The notes under the pieces were generated by a model that saw nothing but the letters and a program-made list of their open reading frames with translations, made no database searches and was not told the DNA's origin. Below, one piece after another: positions 38,801 to 50,517 of a stretch of DNA of 64,000 nucleotides (positions are counted from its first letter, which is position 1; every line of letters begins with the position of its first letter). The DNA is taken from positions 682,001-746,000 of the forward strand of contig NOWV01000020.1 of assembly GCA_003344405.1 (NCBI GenBank), written 5' to 3'. Both the position numbers and the translations under genes were made by a program. Source of the stretch: Trichoplax sp. H2 (Eukaryota).

Positions 38801-40175
38801 GGCTAAGTAATTTACTCTGATTTTCTAATCTGTAGCTTGCAATCAATTTACGTTTCGTTAAATCAATACTTGGAAATGCCTCAAAGAATCCTAAATCGTC
38901 CGAAATAGCTTCGCCCCATTTCAGTAATTGCCACTGATTAATATGAGAAGGTATGAAGGCGATTTTTGCTAGTTCAATATCGATAGTACTACTGTATACG
39001 TCGGTAAATTGTTGCGATATAGTCCCTTTTAATCGGCGTGTTAAAAGTAATAAAACGTGATCACAATAATATTCATTTAGAGCAAATTCATGTAATAAAG
39101 CGACATGAAACTTAGCTATGCATCGAAACATATATTCATTCCATATATTAGTTAATAATTGTGTTCGATCTGCACTAAGTAAGAAGTCGCCATTGACTAG
39201 AAACGGTAAACCGGAGTACATTTGTGTAGGTAGATAGCAAAATAGTACTGCTTTATGATGGGCTTTTAACGTTCCTTCTTCGCCGAATAGGAATGCAAAT
39301 TTGAGATTAACTGATGTTGCTTGTTTAAGTTTAGTCGGACATTCTTGATCGGGTAGTCGCTGTAACTTTTGATGGATTTCGTTAGGAATTTGTTGTTCGT
39401 CGGATCGAATTAACCATTTACTCTTCAATGTATCGTTTACATATAATTCGTATTGATTAGACGTATCGAATAACTTTCTTAATTGAATAGAATCGATACG
39501 ATTATGTTGACGAATTGTAATTTCTTGTATGTTACGTAAGAACAAGATAGTATTAGGTGTTTGCATCAGTATTTTAAGTGCGTTATATACCTTTTCAACA
39601 TTATTCACAGATCGAGTTTCGTCGACTAGTTGAAATAGGAAAGTAACATGTGACTTATTCAGTTCAAATACTTTCGGTAATTGATTTTGCTGTGTCCAAA
39701 TAGGCGTAATTTGCTAAGGATAACGTCTAAATCTATCGCTATCGTTATTACGCCATTTTGCATAATCGCGATCAAATCGGAAACAATAATTTCTAGATAT
39801 AATATAGACACGATGCGATATTACAAATACAGACTTAAATCCGATTCCTTTAAAGCCAGTCTTGCTTAAATCGGTTTTCTTCCGTGTAAACTGTTGTTGT
39901 GCGTTATCACAAATAGCTTCGACATCTTGATAATCGAAATGTCTACCGGTATGAGAAAAGGCTAAGTATCGTTGATTGATTTGGAATGTAACATGTATAG
40001 GTTGATTATCGATAGCAGCATCATCAGCGTTTTGTAGTAATTCTAGAGCGAATTTCTCGGGACTGTTAAAAACAGTTTGGATATCTTTGTCTAGAGTGTT
40101 AGCTAAGGTAGTAGAATTTTTATCATTTTTACCTCGCTCGTCAAATAATCTTTCGATGTGTTCTTTTTTATCCAT
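35826..40175 (-). CDS. Sacsin-like GHKL ATPase + DUF3883 protein, copy B (1449 aa if the in-frame TAG at 39714-39716 is decoded; otherwise pseudogene)
   Basis: The 153-aa ORF ([21 protein letters not shown]) and 1260-aa ORF are in the same frame, joined by 35 open codons: [39 protein letters not shown]-terminal GRWGEEFAF...ADI...FIEVKTT. Confidence 0.8.
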
Positions 40176-43100
40176 AATTTGTATTCCTCAATTTAATCTC
40201 GGTTATATATTGCGGTAATGTAGATTGTTGTAGCAAATAGATCGAAATGGTTAGAGTTCCGTAGGGTGTCGTTCCTACTAGCGTCTAGGGCTTTGCTATC
40301 TTCCGCTACTAAATTATGCTCCTTGTCCAAGTAAATTAAAAAAAATTAGATGAAACTTGGATCTCCAATGAAACCTGCTGATGTTGGCACACGGTAACAA
40401 TAGAAAATTACTGACGCCACTAATACTAAATTATACATTATTTTGTTTAATGTATTGCAGTGTTAAAGAAACTTTTGTTATTTATGAACAAGGAGTACCG
40501 CTGAATAATTAAATCCTAATATTAAAATCGTCACATGACACACTGTAATGAAAGTCATAGCCGATCCAAGTAGCTAATATTTGGAATGTTGTTTATATTC
40601 TTTTTATGATGTACGGTCATTTATTCTCCTGACAATCTGCTTCGCCAAAATGAGACATAAATAATTTGATAAGACTATAAAATAGTGCTAAGGTAATTCT
40701 TTAACCTTTTAAATAATAGGCTAAAGATTAATATAATCTATTGTTGCAATTAGTTAGGCATAGCTGCCATGGCATGTAATGTTCAGTAGTCTACCATTAA
40801 GTTCATTATTAGCTGATTCTGTCCATCTTTTATTCTCACCTTTCCATGACTGGTGATCTTTCTACTGTTACTTTGATTCTAGGATTTCATCGAAATGCGT
40901 ATATGTAATTATAGAATTTGGCAAACTGCTGTGTATACTGACCAGGAACTAAAGTCGGTGTTATAGCCTATTACAATCAGGCGAAGTATATCTCCATCAT
41001 ACTTGATACGGTAAGCTGTTAAGATTTTCAAATGAGTTGCAGCTTAAAACATTAACCAGATACTTTGAGAATTAATGTACTATATAATTAGATGTATAAT
41101 TATAATCGTCGAAATTATATCATATAGAAATTTCACTCTCACTTTATATTGTCCCTATCATAATATCAAAAGAAATAGAATTAACCAGGCCTAAAACTTC
41201 TAGCTGCATGCAATATTAAGGCATTATATAGTATTATGCTGTAATGTACGTTAGAATTGTGTCAGAACTGGTTTTGTATAGTAGTAAGTTTCGAAAGGAA
41301 ACTGAAGTCCTGGAGGTTCTAAAAAGGAAGTCCATTCAATTCATATCATAATTTTATTTTAATCAAATAGCGCACAAATTGAGAGATATCGTTTAGCTCT
41401 GTAATATAATAATAAGCTGGCAATTTCAGTCTTTAATATGATATGAAATGAAGCATAAAGAAAATTGTGCAAAGTTCAAAAATAAAAAATGTATAATAAG
41501 AAGGCAAGTTGAATGCAAAAGAAGTCACTAGCTTAAAAATATATACTGAATGCTAAGCTTAATCGTAAAACCTTCTATTCTTTTAGATATGTTAATGATT
41601 TAGTAACTATTCTACTACTATCAAATTAAATAGTAGATAGATATCAGATACATCATAACTATAGCGAATTTGCATATGGAAGGAGCTAGTGCAATGACTG
41701 AAATAGAGTTGCTTTAACAATTAATTAAGTATAGCTGGAATGATGATTTAATGTCTGGATTGTAATTCAATGACAATCAAATTTATTACCGATACTTTAA
41801 GAAGTATAATACTTGCGGCTAATGTAAATTGATTAAATATTAAATGATCACTATGATATTACGAACTCGCGTATTTTTGCCTCAATTACAATTTATTATA
41901 TTATTCGATTCCAGAGATTGCCAATAATATTAATTTTCCTTTACGATTACAAACGATTTCCAGTAAACTATAAATTAAAGTAAATTTCCTTTGGAATTAT
42001 AGATCCTTCCATTACTTTAGATATGGGATCTTTAATTTGTTTAATCAGGACATCTCCCTCTTTACCTGCGTTATAGATGCAAAATAATCGGTAATTTTTG
42101 CCATACTGATGCATACTTAGCCATTCCTTTTGACTAATTTTACAAAAAAGATTTTTTTTCTTATAAGTAGTTTTAACCTCAATATACTTTGAACGATCAT
42201 TTTTAATGATGTTAATATCAGCAGGAAAATTGCTTTCTTGGTCTTTATTAAACCAGATTATTTTAACTGATAGATCTTTACCTCGATGATCAACTCCTTT
42301 CATAACTATTGCTTCTCTACTGTTAGTTTTTTCTAGAGAACGAAATTTCTTTCGGTAGTAATCTTGAAAATACTTATACGCAAACTCTTCTCCCCATCGA
42401 CCAGTCCATCGATTATAATTATTATTACTTTTAATTTTGTTTTTTTTAATTTCATTTTCGTAGGCAGTGTTTTCTAATCGAGATGCTTCGAAAAAATTTA
42501 CAGTAGGACGATTAGATGACCAAGCAGATTTACTTGTCTCAGAGAAATTTGTTAAATTGATAGCTTGAATACACTGTTCTTTATCACTGGAATTTGCAAA
42601 TAATGATGGAAAGTTTTCATCTTGCGTGTATTCTATCGCGTAGAAAGTAGCTTTGATCGCATCAGCGGGTTGACAATATTCTAAACACTTTTCGTCTTCA
42701 GATGAGCTTGACGATTTGGAGCTGTTCCTTTTACTAGCCTCACTCTGAATTGTCGTAGATTTTTTAACTTTTTTAAGCCTTTTACTTTCGGACTTGACAT
42801 CGGTAATTTCATCGTCTAACGATGCTGATGTCAATACTGAGTGTACATTAGATGGTGTAGATGAAAGATTTTGGATCGCTTTTTCGCTAAGAATAGTATC
42901 GGCTTGATTTTCAGTATCATCACCTAGTAAACAATTCTCATCCATCATGTCCAAGGCAGCGATATTGTAATTTTGGTTTGTTAACCATCTAATGCGACTT
43001 TTATTGGAATCAGTAATCACTAAAGTATTCAAAACATAATGATTAGCTTCCGATAGTTCTAAATATGCTGCAATGGCTTGTGCGATGTCATATAAGTTAT

Positions 43101-46100
43101 TGTTGTCATCAAGATGATTTTCGTAAAAAAGTTGATTACTGGAAAGTGCCAGTTTATTTCTAGAAAGTATCGCTTCTACTTTGAAACTGATTTTTGAATT
43201 AGATTTAACTAACAGAGCTAAACTTTCAACTGCTAATATATCTAGCTTATTTATCTTTTTAAGCCACTCTCGAAGCAACTGACACCGTCCACGATGACTA
43301 GGATTTATTTCAGTTATAGCAACCATTTTTAGTAAATTCTTAATCTCAGTCTTTATGATTGAATTATCTTCAGATTTATCATAAACTATTTCGTAATCAT
43401 TTGCCTTTAATTCTTTAACGCCAAAGTAACGGCAAATTATGAGCATATCTTCTTTTGTTAGAGCGGGGAAAGATTTTAGTAGATTTGGATGTCTTACGCT
43501 GCATAATTGTTTGTCAGGAATAAAATATAATGCATCAATAGATTGTAAGGATCCATCCGAAGCTAAAATTTTAGTATTTGACTGCCTTAATTCTTCGCAC
43601 TGACTATCATTCCAAGCTGACATAATCATCATTTTATAAAAGCTTTGGAACTGATCAAAGAGTTTTTGCGGTGATCCAGCTGCGATATCTTTTAACAGTT
43701 TGATGGCATCTTGTGCGGTTAGTTTGCTACGCGCTCCTAGCCATTTCATCAATTCTTCAGATAGATTGATAGTTATATCGCCATAATTAGTTTGCATCTG
43801 TGGTAGGTAATGTTTTAATTCTTGATCCAAATGCTCAACAAGTGACGGGGTATATAGATCTTTCATAGAATACAAGTTTCCATTAGTAGCTCGAACGCAT
43901 GCAGCCTTATTGAGCACAAATTGCAGGTAATGTATTGCTGAGTATTCATATCTATTTTTATTGGATTTACTATAAATTCTAAAATGTTTTATTCCTTCAA
44001 TGATTTCTTCTTGATGTTGAACTAACTGTTGAAAAAAGAATTTTGCATAATTTTTAATCTCTAAACAAGCCATATAGGGTAAGTAGGCTATATGATAATG
44101 ATAGAATTTATGAAATTGAACAAGTTTTTGCTCTGTAAGATAATTTCGATATTCTTGAAATTGGTAAATATCGTTTCTTGTGCAGTATTCATCGTGTTCA
44201 GTGAATTTTCCACAGATGAATTTAATTTCTTCTTTAACGTGCAACAACAGCAACGTGGATTTGAGTTTGCTTGTATGAATAGATGCATCTAAGTAGGATT
44301 TATAGTCGACAAATCCCACATCTTTTTGAATAATCTTTTCAAGATCGAAACGCGGGTCAAGATCGGATGGTAAATAACAATCTTTAGCTGCTTTGAGAGT
44401 ACCTGATTTAGTTAGCAATGGTAATTCGTACAAATAGTACCATTTCCATTCATTCACGATTGTAAGATGGCACAATAATCGAACAATTTCTACTGATAGT
44501 TTGGGATTACGAAGAAGTTGAATTTGTTGAGATCTCAGCCACTTTCTAATTGTTTCAAGTATGCTTTCATCCGATACTTTATCAATGCCTATTTTTTTTA
44601 ACCATGTCAATGCATTAGGTATTTCTAGTATTGTAGGATGAACAAGATTGAAGTTTAAAAATGACGGGTATTCTATTACTTTGTTACTTGCTGGTAGATA
44701 GATGATAGAACTATCGACTAATTTATTGTTATCCGTCAGTAGATAAGATTTATTTTTCAATGCTTGTATGCCATCATCGGAATATAAGTAACGGTGTGAT
44801 AAGTAGGCGTCAATTACAAATTTCAGAAACTTTTGATAGCGTGATATCTGCAATGTGGTTTGGGCATACTTTTCTATATTTTCTGCTAGTGTAATGAAAG
44901 TAAAATGGTTACTGGTAGGTAATTTACTTTGATTTTGCACAGTGCTGCTTGTAATCATTTTACGTTTCGTTAAATCAATACTTGGAAATGCCTCAAAGAA
45001 TCCTAAATCGTCCGAAATAGCTTCGCCCCATTTCAGTAATTGCCACTGATTAATATGAGAAGGTATGAAGGCGATTTTTGCTAGTTCAATATCGATAGTA
45101 CTACTGTATACGTCGGTAAATTGTTGCGATATAGTCCCTTTTAATCGGCGTGTTAAAAGTAATAAAACGTGATCACAATAATATTCATTTAGAGCAAATT
45201 CATGTAATAAAGCGATATGAAACTTAGCTATGCATCGAAACATATATTCATTCCATATATTAGTTAATAATTGTGTTCGATCTGCACTAAGTAAGAAGTC
45301 GCCATTGACTAGAAACGGTAAACCGGAGTACATTTGTGTAGGTAGATAGCAAAATAGTACTGCTTTATGATGGGCTTTTAACGTTTCTTCTTCGCCGATT
45401 AGGAATGCAAATTTGAGATTAACTGATGTTGCTTGTTTAAGTTTAGTCGGACATTCTTGATCGGGTAGTCGCTGTAACTTTTGATGGATTTCGTTAGGAA
45501 TTTGTTGTTCGTCGGATCGAATTAACCATTTACTCTTCAATGTATCGTTTACATATAATTCGTATTGATTAGACGTATCGAATAACTTTCTTAATTGAAT
45601 AGAATCGATACGATTATGTTGACGAATTGTAATTTCTTGTATGTTACGTAAGAACAAGATAGTATTAGGTGTTTGCATCAGTATTTTAAGTGCGTTATAT
45701 ACCTTTTCAACATTATTCACAGATCGAGTTTCGTCGACTAGTTGAAATAGGAAAGTAACATGTGACTTATTCAGTTCAAATACTTTCGGTAATTGATTTT
45801 GCTGTGTCCAAATAGGCGTAATTTGCTAAGGATAACGTCTAAATCTATCGCTATCGTTATTACGCCATTTTGCATAATCGCGATCAAATCGGAAACAATA
45901 ATTTCTAGATATAATATAGACACGATACGATATTACAAATACAGACTTAAATCCGATTCCTTTAAAGCCAGTCTTGCTTAAATCGGTTTTCTTCCGTGTA
46001 AACTGTTGTTGTGCGTTATCACAAATAGCTTCGACATCTTGATAATCGAAATGTCTACCGGTATGAGAAAAGGCTAAGTATCGTTGATTGATTTGGAATG

Positions 46101-46262
46101 TAACATGTATAGGTTGATTATCGATAGCAGCATCATCAGCGTTTTGTAGTAATTCTAGAGCGAATTTCTCGGGACTGTTAAAAACAGTTTGGATATCTTT
46201 GTCTAGAGTGTTAGCTAAGGTAGTAGAATTTTTATCATTTTTACCTCGCTCGTCAAATAATC
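38841..46262. repeat. Near-identical ~1.31 kb direct repeat (38841-40150 and 44953-46262) covering the 5' ~30% of copies B and C
   Basis: Constant 6112-bp offset with no indels seen. Only a handful of substitutions were noticed by eye. Similarity drops abruptly at both ends. Confidence 0.92.
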
Positions 46263-46287
46263 GATCAATATGTTCTTTTTCATTCAT
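41968..46287 (-). CDS. Sacsin-like GHKL ATPase + DUF3883 protein, copy C (1439 aa if the in-frame TAG at 45826-45828 is decoded; otherwise pseudogene)
   Basis: Same layout as copy B, with the same single in-frame TAG. C-terminal GRWGEEFAY...PADI...YIEVKTT. TATAAATA on the minus strand at 46431-46438. Confidence 0.8.
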
Positions 46288-49200
46288 GATAACTTATCCT
46301 CCAAAGTTGATTAAGCCTTGCAGTTTACACTAGTTCGAAAAATTGCTTGAAACTGTCGTATCGAAAATATCGAGGGATGATATTTCTACTTGAGTTCAGC
46401 TTTCTGCTATCCTACAACGGTCTCAGCGGGTATTTATAATTGCGCAATCTCAAAACTTTTCTGTTAAAAATGCTGTCCTATCAATATTTTTTTTTATGCT
46501 GACGCGGACACTTTTATCATAACAATTGGAAAATGAGCATATGATTACGTGTTATTATTTAATGGATATTATTGAATGTATATTGTACAGTAATTAAATT
46601 GAAAGACGTAAACAGTTTGTAATGCTCACTACAAGCTGATGATGATCGTTGAAAACGGAATAAAATAATTAGCAACCCTAAATTATGTGAAAAGAGTAGC
46701 AAACTGAATTTCATTGAGGTCATTCAAAAGCAACGCCTATAATTATATTTTAAGCATTAGCAGTAATTAACTATTGTTGATTGAAAAAAGACATGCTTCA
46801 CAGTAGAAACTGATTTAAAGTAACAATTTTCATCATCATAAAGGTAACGTGATCTGCTTTACAATCAGTAGATGATATAAGAATAAAAACTGCTTTGCCA
46901 ACATTTTTTTTATTTGTAAAATTGCACGCGTAGTTGCACGAACCAAATAGACAAGCAAGTTCATCACGAAAGGTAATAAAAATTTAAATAAATAAACTAA
47001 AGGAATAATTGTGGTAATTATCTGAAATATCTCTTTATAGATTAAGAAGTGAACAATATTTGTCTAGAAGATTACTGGTTACTGCTTAGTCCCTGCTGCT
47101 ATATATTACAGTGTGTTACATCTTGATAGCATAATAATAACTTAACACGTACATTTAAGCCATTTAGGCTATTCGTCTACCATGTTCATGATATGGTTGT
47201 GATATGTTAATACCATACTTGCTAAATTTAGTATGTTACGAATATACAATGCTTTCTTCTTACAGTAAATTGTTACTAATCTTATTTGGTTATGGCTACG
47301 ATGAATATGATAGCTTTTACATTCTACAATCTGTTCTATGCTAAAAAAACTTACGTTGTATAAGTATGGAATTAATTACGATGTTTAATTACAATTTACA
47401 CTTCTGCATGTTAGTGTGGATATTACAATATGCAATATTTACACTGTAAGTGCAGACGGCGCACGTATAAAAGCCGCTATATTTTCAATCAATAAATGAA
47501 TTAGTGGTAATAATTATAATTTATAGAGCTTTGCGTATTCTCAGTTCTTTGCGTCAGTGACTAATCTGGAGAAACCTGAATCTTACATACGGTTGATTGT
47601 ATTGGCTCAAGTAGATACACAACACCGGCAATATAAAAATATTTTCTTATTTCTTCACCAATAGAAGATATCGACACTACAAGCTATTGTATTTAACATT
47701 AGAAATAGTGAGATGGAGCTAAAAAATTCCAATTAAAACTAGACTTAACGATCGCCAAACAGCCACAAAATCTCTATAAAATAGCCATAGGGCATTGATT
47801 CGTTACCGTATAGCGAATGGTATAAGTTGAAAGGATATTTGGTTAAAGTTGAAATAAATGCATAGGTTAACAAGGTAATCAAGTTCACATTATTAAAATA
47901 TTTTGTAAAAGGCTTAAATTGTTCTCAAGTCGTGAAATGAAGGGTAGAAATCTATAGTATTAATCGCTTTAGATACCTAGAGGCTTTCATTGCAAAAGTA
48001 GAGTCTGAAAAATTATTTTACCTAATATGAGTTGACGTTTATCACAATTTTATTTAATTTAATTTGAACGAGTGATTTGCTACGATTCTTAAAATGCATT
48101 GGAATAGAACAAAATGAGCAAGCCCATTTATTTATGCTTACGTCAGAAATACAGATGTAAAAAATAGAATATTAAGTTACGACATGGTTACCATCTACAA
48201 TCTGTCATATAAAAATAGAATTTATCGTTTGCTGGATCTTGCAATATCTTTGGTGCGTAACGCCTAGCTATTCTATGTAATAGAAATGATACTAGCAGAC
48301 CTTTATCTGCTATTATATTATCTAAAAGAAAATTAGTAATATTTAAATTAACCCATTAGAAAGTTTACTGCACTTATTTTCTATCTTCGTGATAATTCCT
48401 GTACTAGTATTGCGTCAAATCGATGGTTAAACTAGAAAGTCTTGTTATCGTTATGACCTTTTACTCTCTAATCTATTATTGGAAACAAAGTAAAATATGC
48501 TTGAATTATGCTGTAGTAAGCAGATATTCCAAAATTTAGTAAATATGTGAGAAATGTATACTACTAATGACATACAGACACAGAAATTGATTACTCAAGG
48601 CAATATTAAATGTTTCTTGGTCTCCTGTTTATAAATCTATCCATCTACTTCCGCCTCTGTACCCAGATGTCTTGGACATGTATTGTATACGAATTTAAGA
48701 TGTTTTACGAGTTCAATAATGGCATCTGTTAATAGTAACATATTGTAACTTATACGTATATACCTACAAAAATACATACATTTCAATGACGCACCCTTAG
48801 TTCTAACACAATATTGATTTCTTTCTTATCGATATTATAAACAATTTCTTAATAAATGACATTTTAAATTCAGCATTGTGTCAAATTTTTGAGATATGGA
48901 AGATTTAAGTTGAGATAGGTTCCGTTAATATTGAAGGAATCTTGATATTTGCCATAAGATAACTTAGGCGTTAAATTTCAATTCATATTTTAATTTTTGC
49001 GTTATTATCTAAAACTCAACATGTCTAATATGCTACCAGCTTGTACTTACTGAATATATCATCAAATTTAGTGACATAAGGTGAACAATGATTAACAAAC
49101 CGAACCCGAGAGAGTATACTGAGAATAGTGTAAACATATAATTTCTAGGCATCGGATCTAAATTAGTAATTGAGGGGTAGGTTATAAATAGAGTCATCTG

Positions 49201-50517
49201 CCACCATAGATTGTTCTCCCAAATCATTTAAGTTAAAATTGAATTGTGGTGATAACGATTTCTAATTTAAGTAGCAATCCTAAGGATTGATTAAGCTATG
49301 TAGGCTATAACGATATTTTACGTGAGTAATCTAAATTCATGCTGCATTATATTGCAAATCCAGTATTAAAAATATTTTCATTAGCGGACATGAAATATTA
49401 TTTACTTCAAGTATATAATCTAGCAATGTATTGGACAAAATATTCAGAAACTGATATCAAAATATTATGCTTAGTAAAATTATTTGTAAGCGTATTCAAT
49501 CAGTTTATATTTATTTCAGATACGGCATTAAGTATACAAAATTGTTAAGCCAGTCAAGATTGAAAAGTATAGTATGGAAACTGCAACAGTTTGCTATCAC
49601 AGCTAGAAGTAATCGTAGTACTGCCACATATCAGTAGGAAATGAGGATACGGAAGAGATGGAAAGCTACCATACTAAATATGGGCGGTACGTAGGATTAA
49701 GCCAATATTAGGTATGCAGCCTATTTGTGAATCATTATTGCCTCAATCGAAGATTTAAGCAGGATAAGCCCATATGCTAGCCTATGAATTTTAATAAATT
49801 GCATCGACAGATAAATTCGCTATTAATAATTTTATTCTGCAATAGTATGTTCCAATGGCATTTGCTGAGGCATTTGGAATGTCAAACTAAGAAGAATATA
49901 ATATAAGATAATTACATATTCTACGTTAATCATAGATTTATGGTAGTATTTTAACTTAAGATTTGGCCCTCTAATCAGTTGTTTTATCGATTTAGAATAC
50001 ATGTTGGCTTATTCTGCTAATATTACGACATTTACTATTTAGTATTTAAAGAAAGTAAATTGATATGCTTATCTGCGTACTATCTATTCTACTCTCGACC
50101 CAAGTGTATTATTGAGCTAAAATATGGTTCCTGTGGCCCTATAAATAAATAAATATGGGTCTTGTTCAAATATAGAAATGTATGAAATGGAAGGAAAACA
50201 CTTTAACTAGTGATAGTTACGTCGATATTTCACCAATTAAGAACTTGATGTTGCGTATTCATAATATTGATAATTTTAATAGTCAAACGGAAAATAAACA
50301 TTGCTAAATAGTTATAACGATTCCTAATAACCACCATAAAGGCTATTACTTGGTAGATAGATTAACAAAAACACAAATATCGATTGAACATTCAATAAAA
50401 TATCTACGAAATAACTAAGCTTTATCATAATTCATTAGTGATATCTGAACTGCACGCCTTCCAATCACTACGAATAATAAATTAATATATTTTAAATGGT
50501 TTTTATTAAATGTTGCG

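Noticed and set aside
39609..39720. Intron removing the TAG in copies B and C
   Set aside because: The sequence on both sides of the stop aligns codon-for-codon with copy A (YPWQVIPIWT), and no suitable GT..AG pair brackets the stop.
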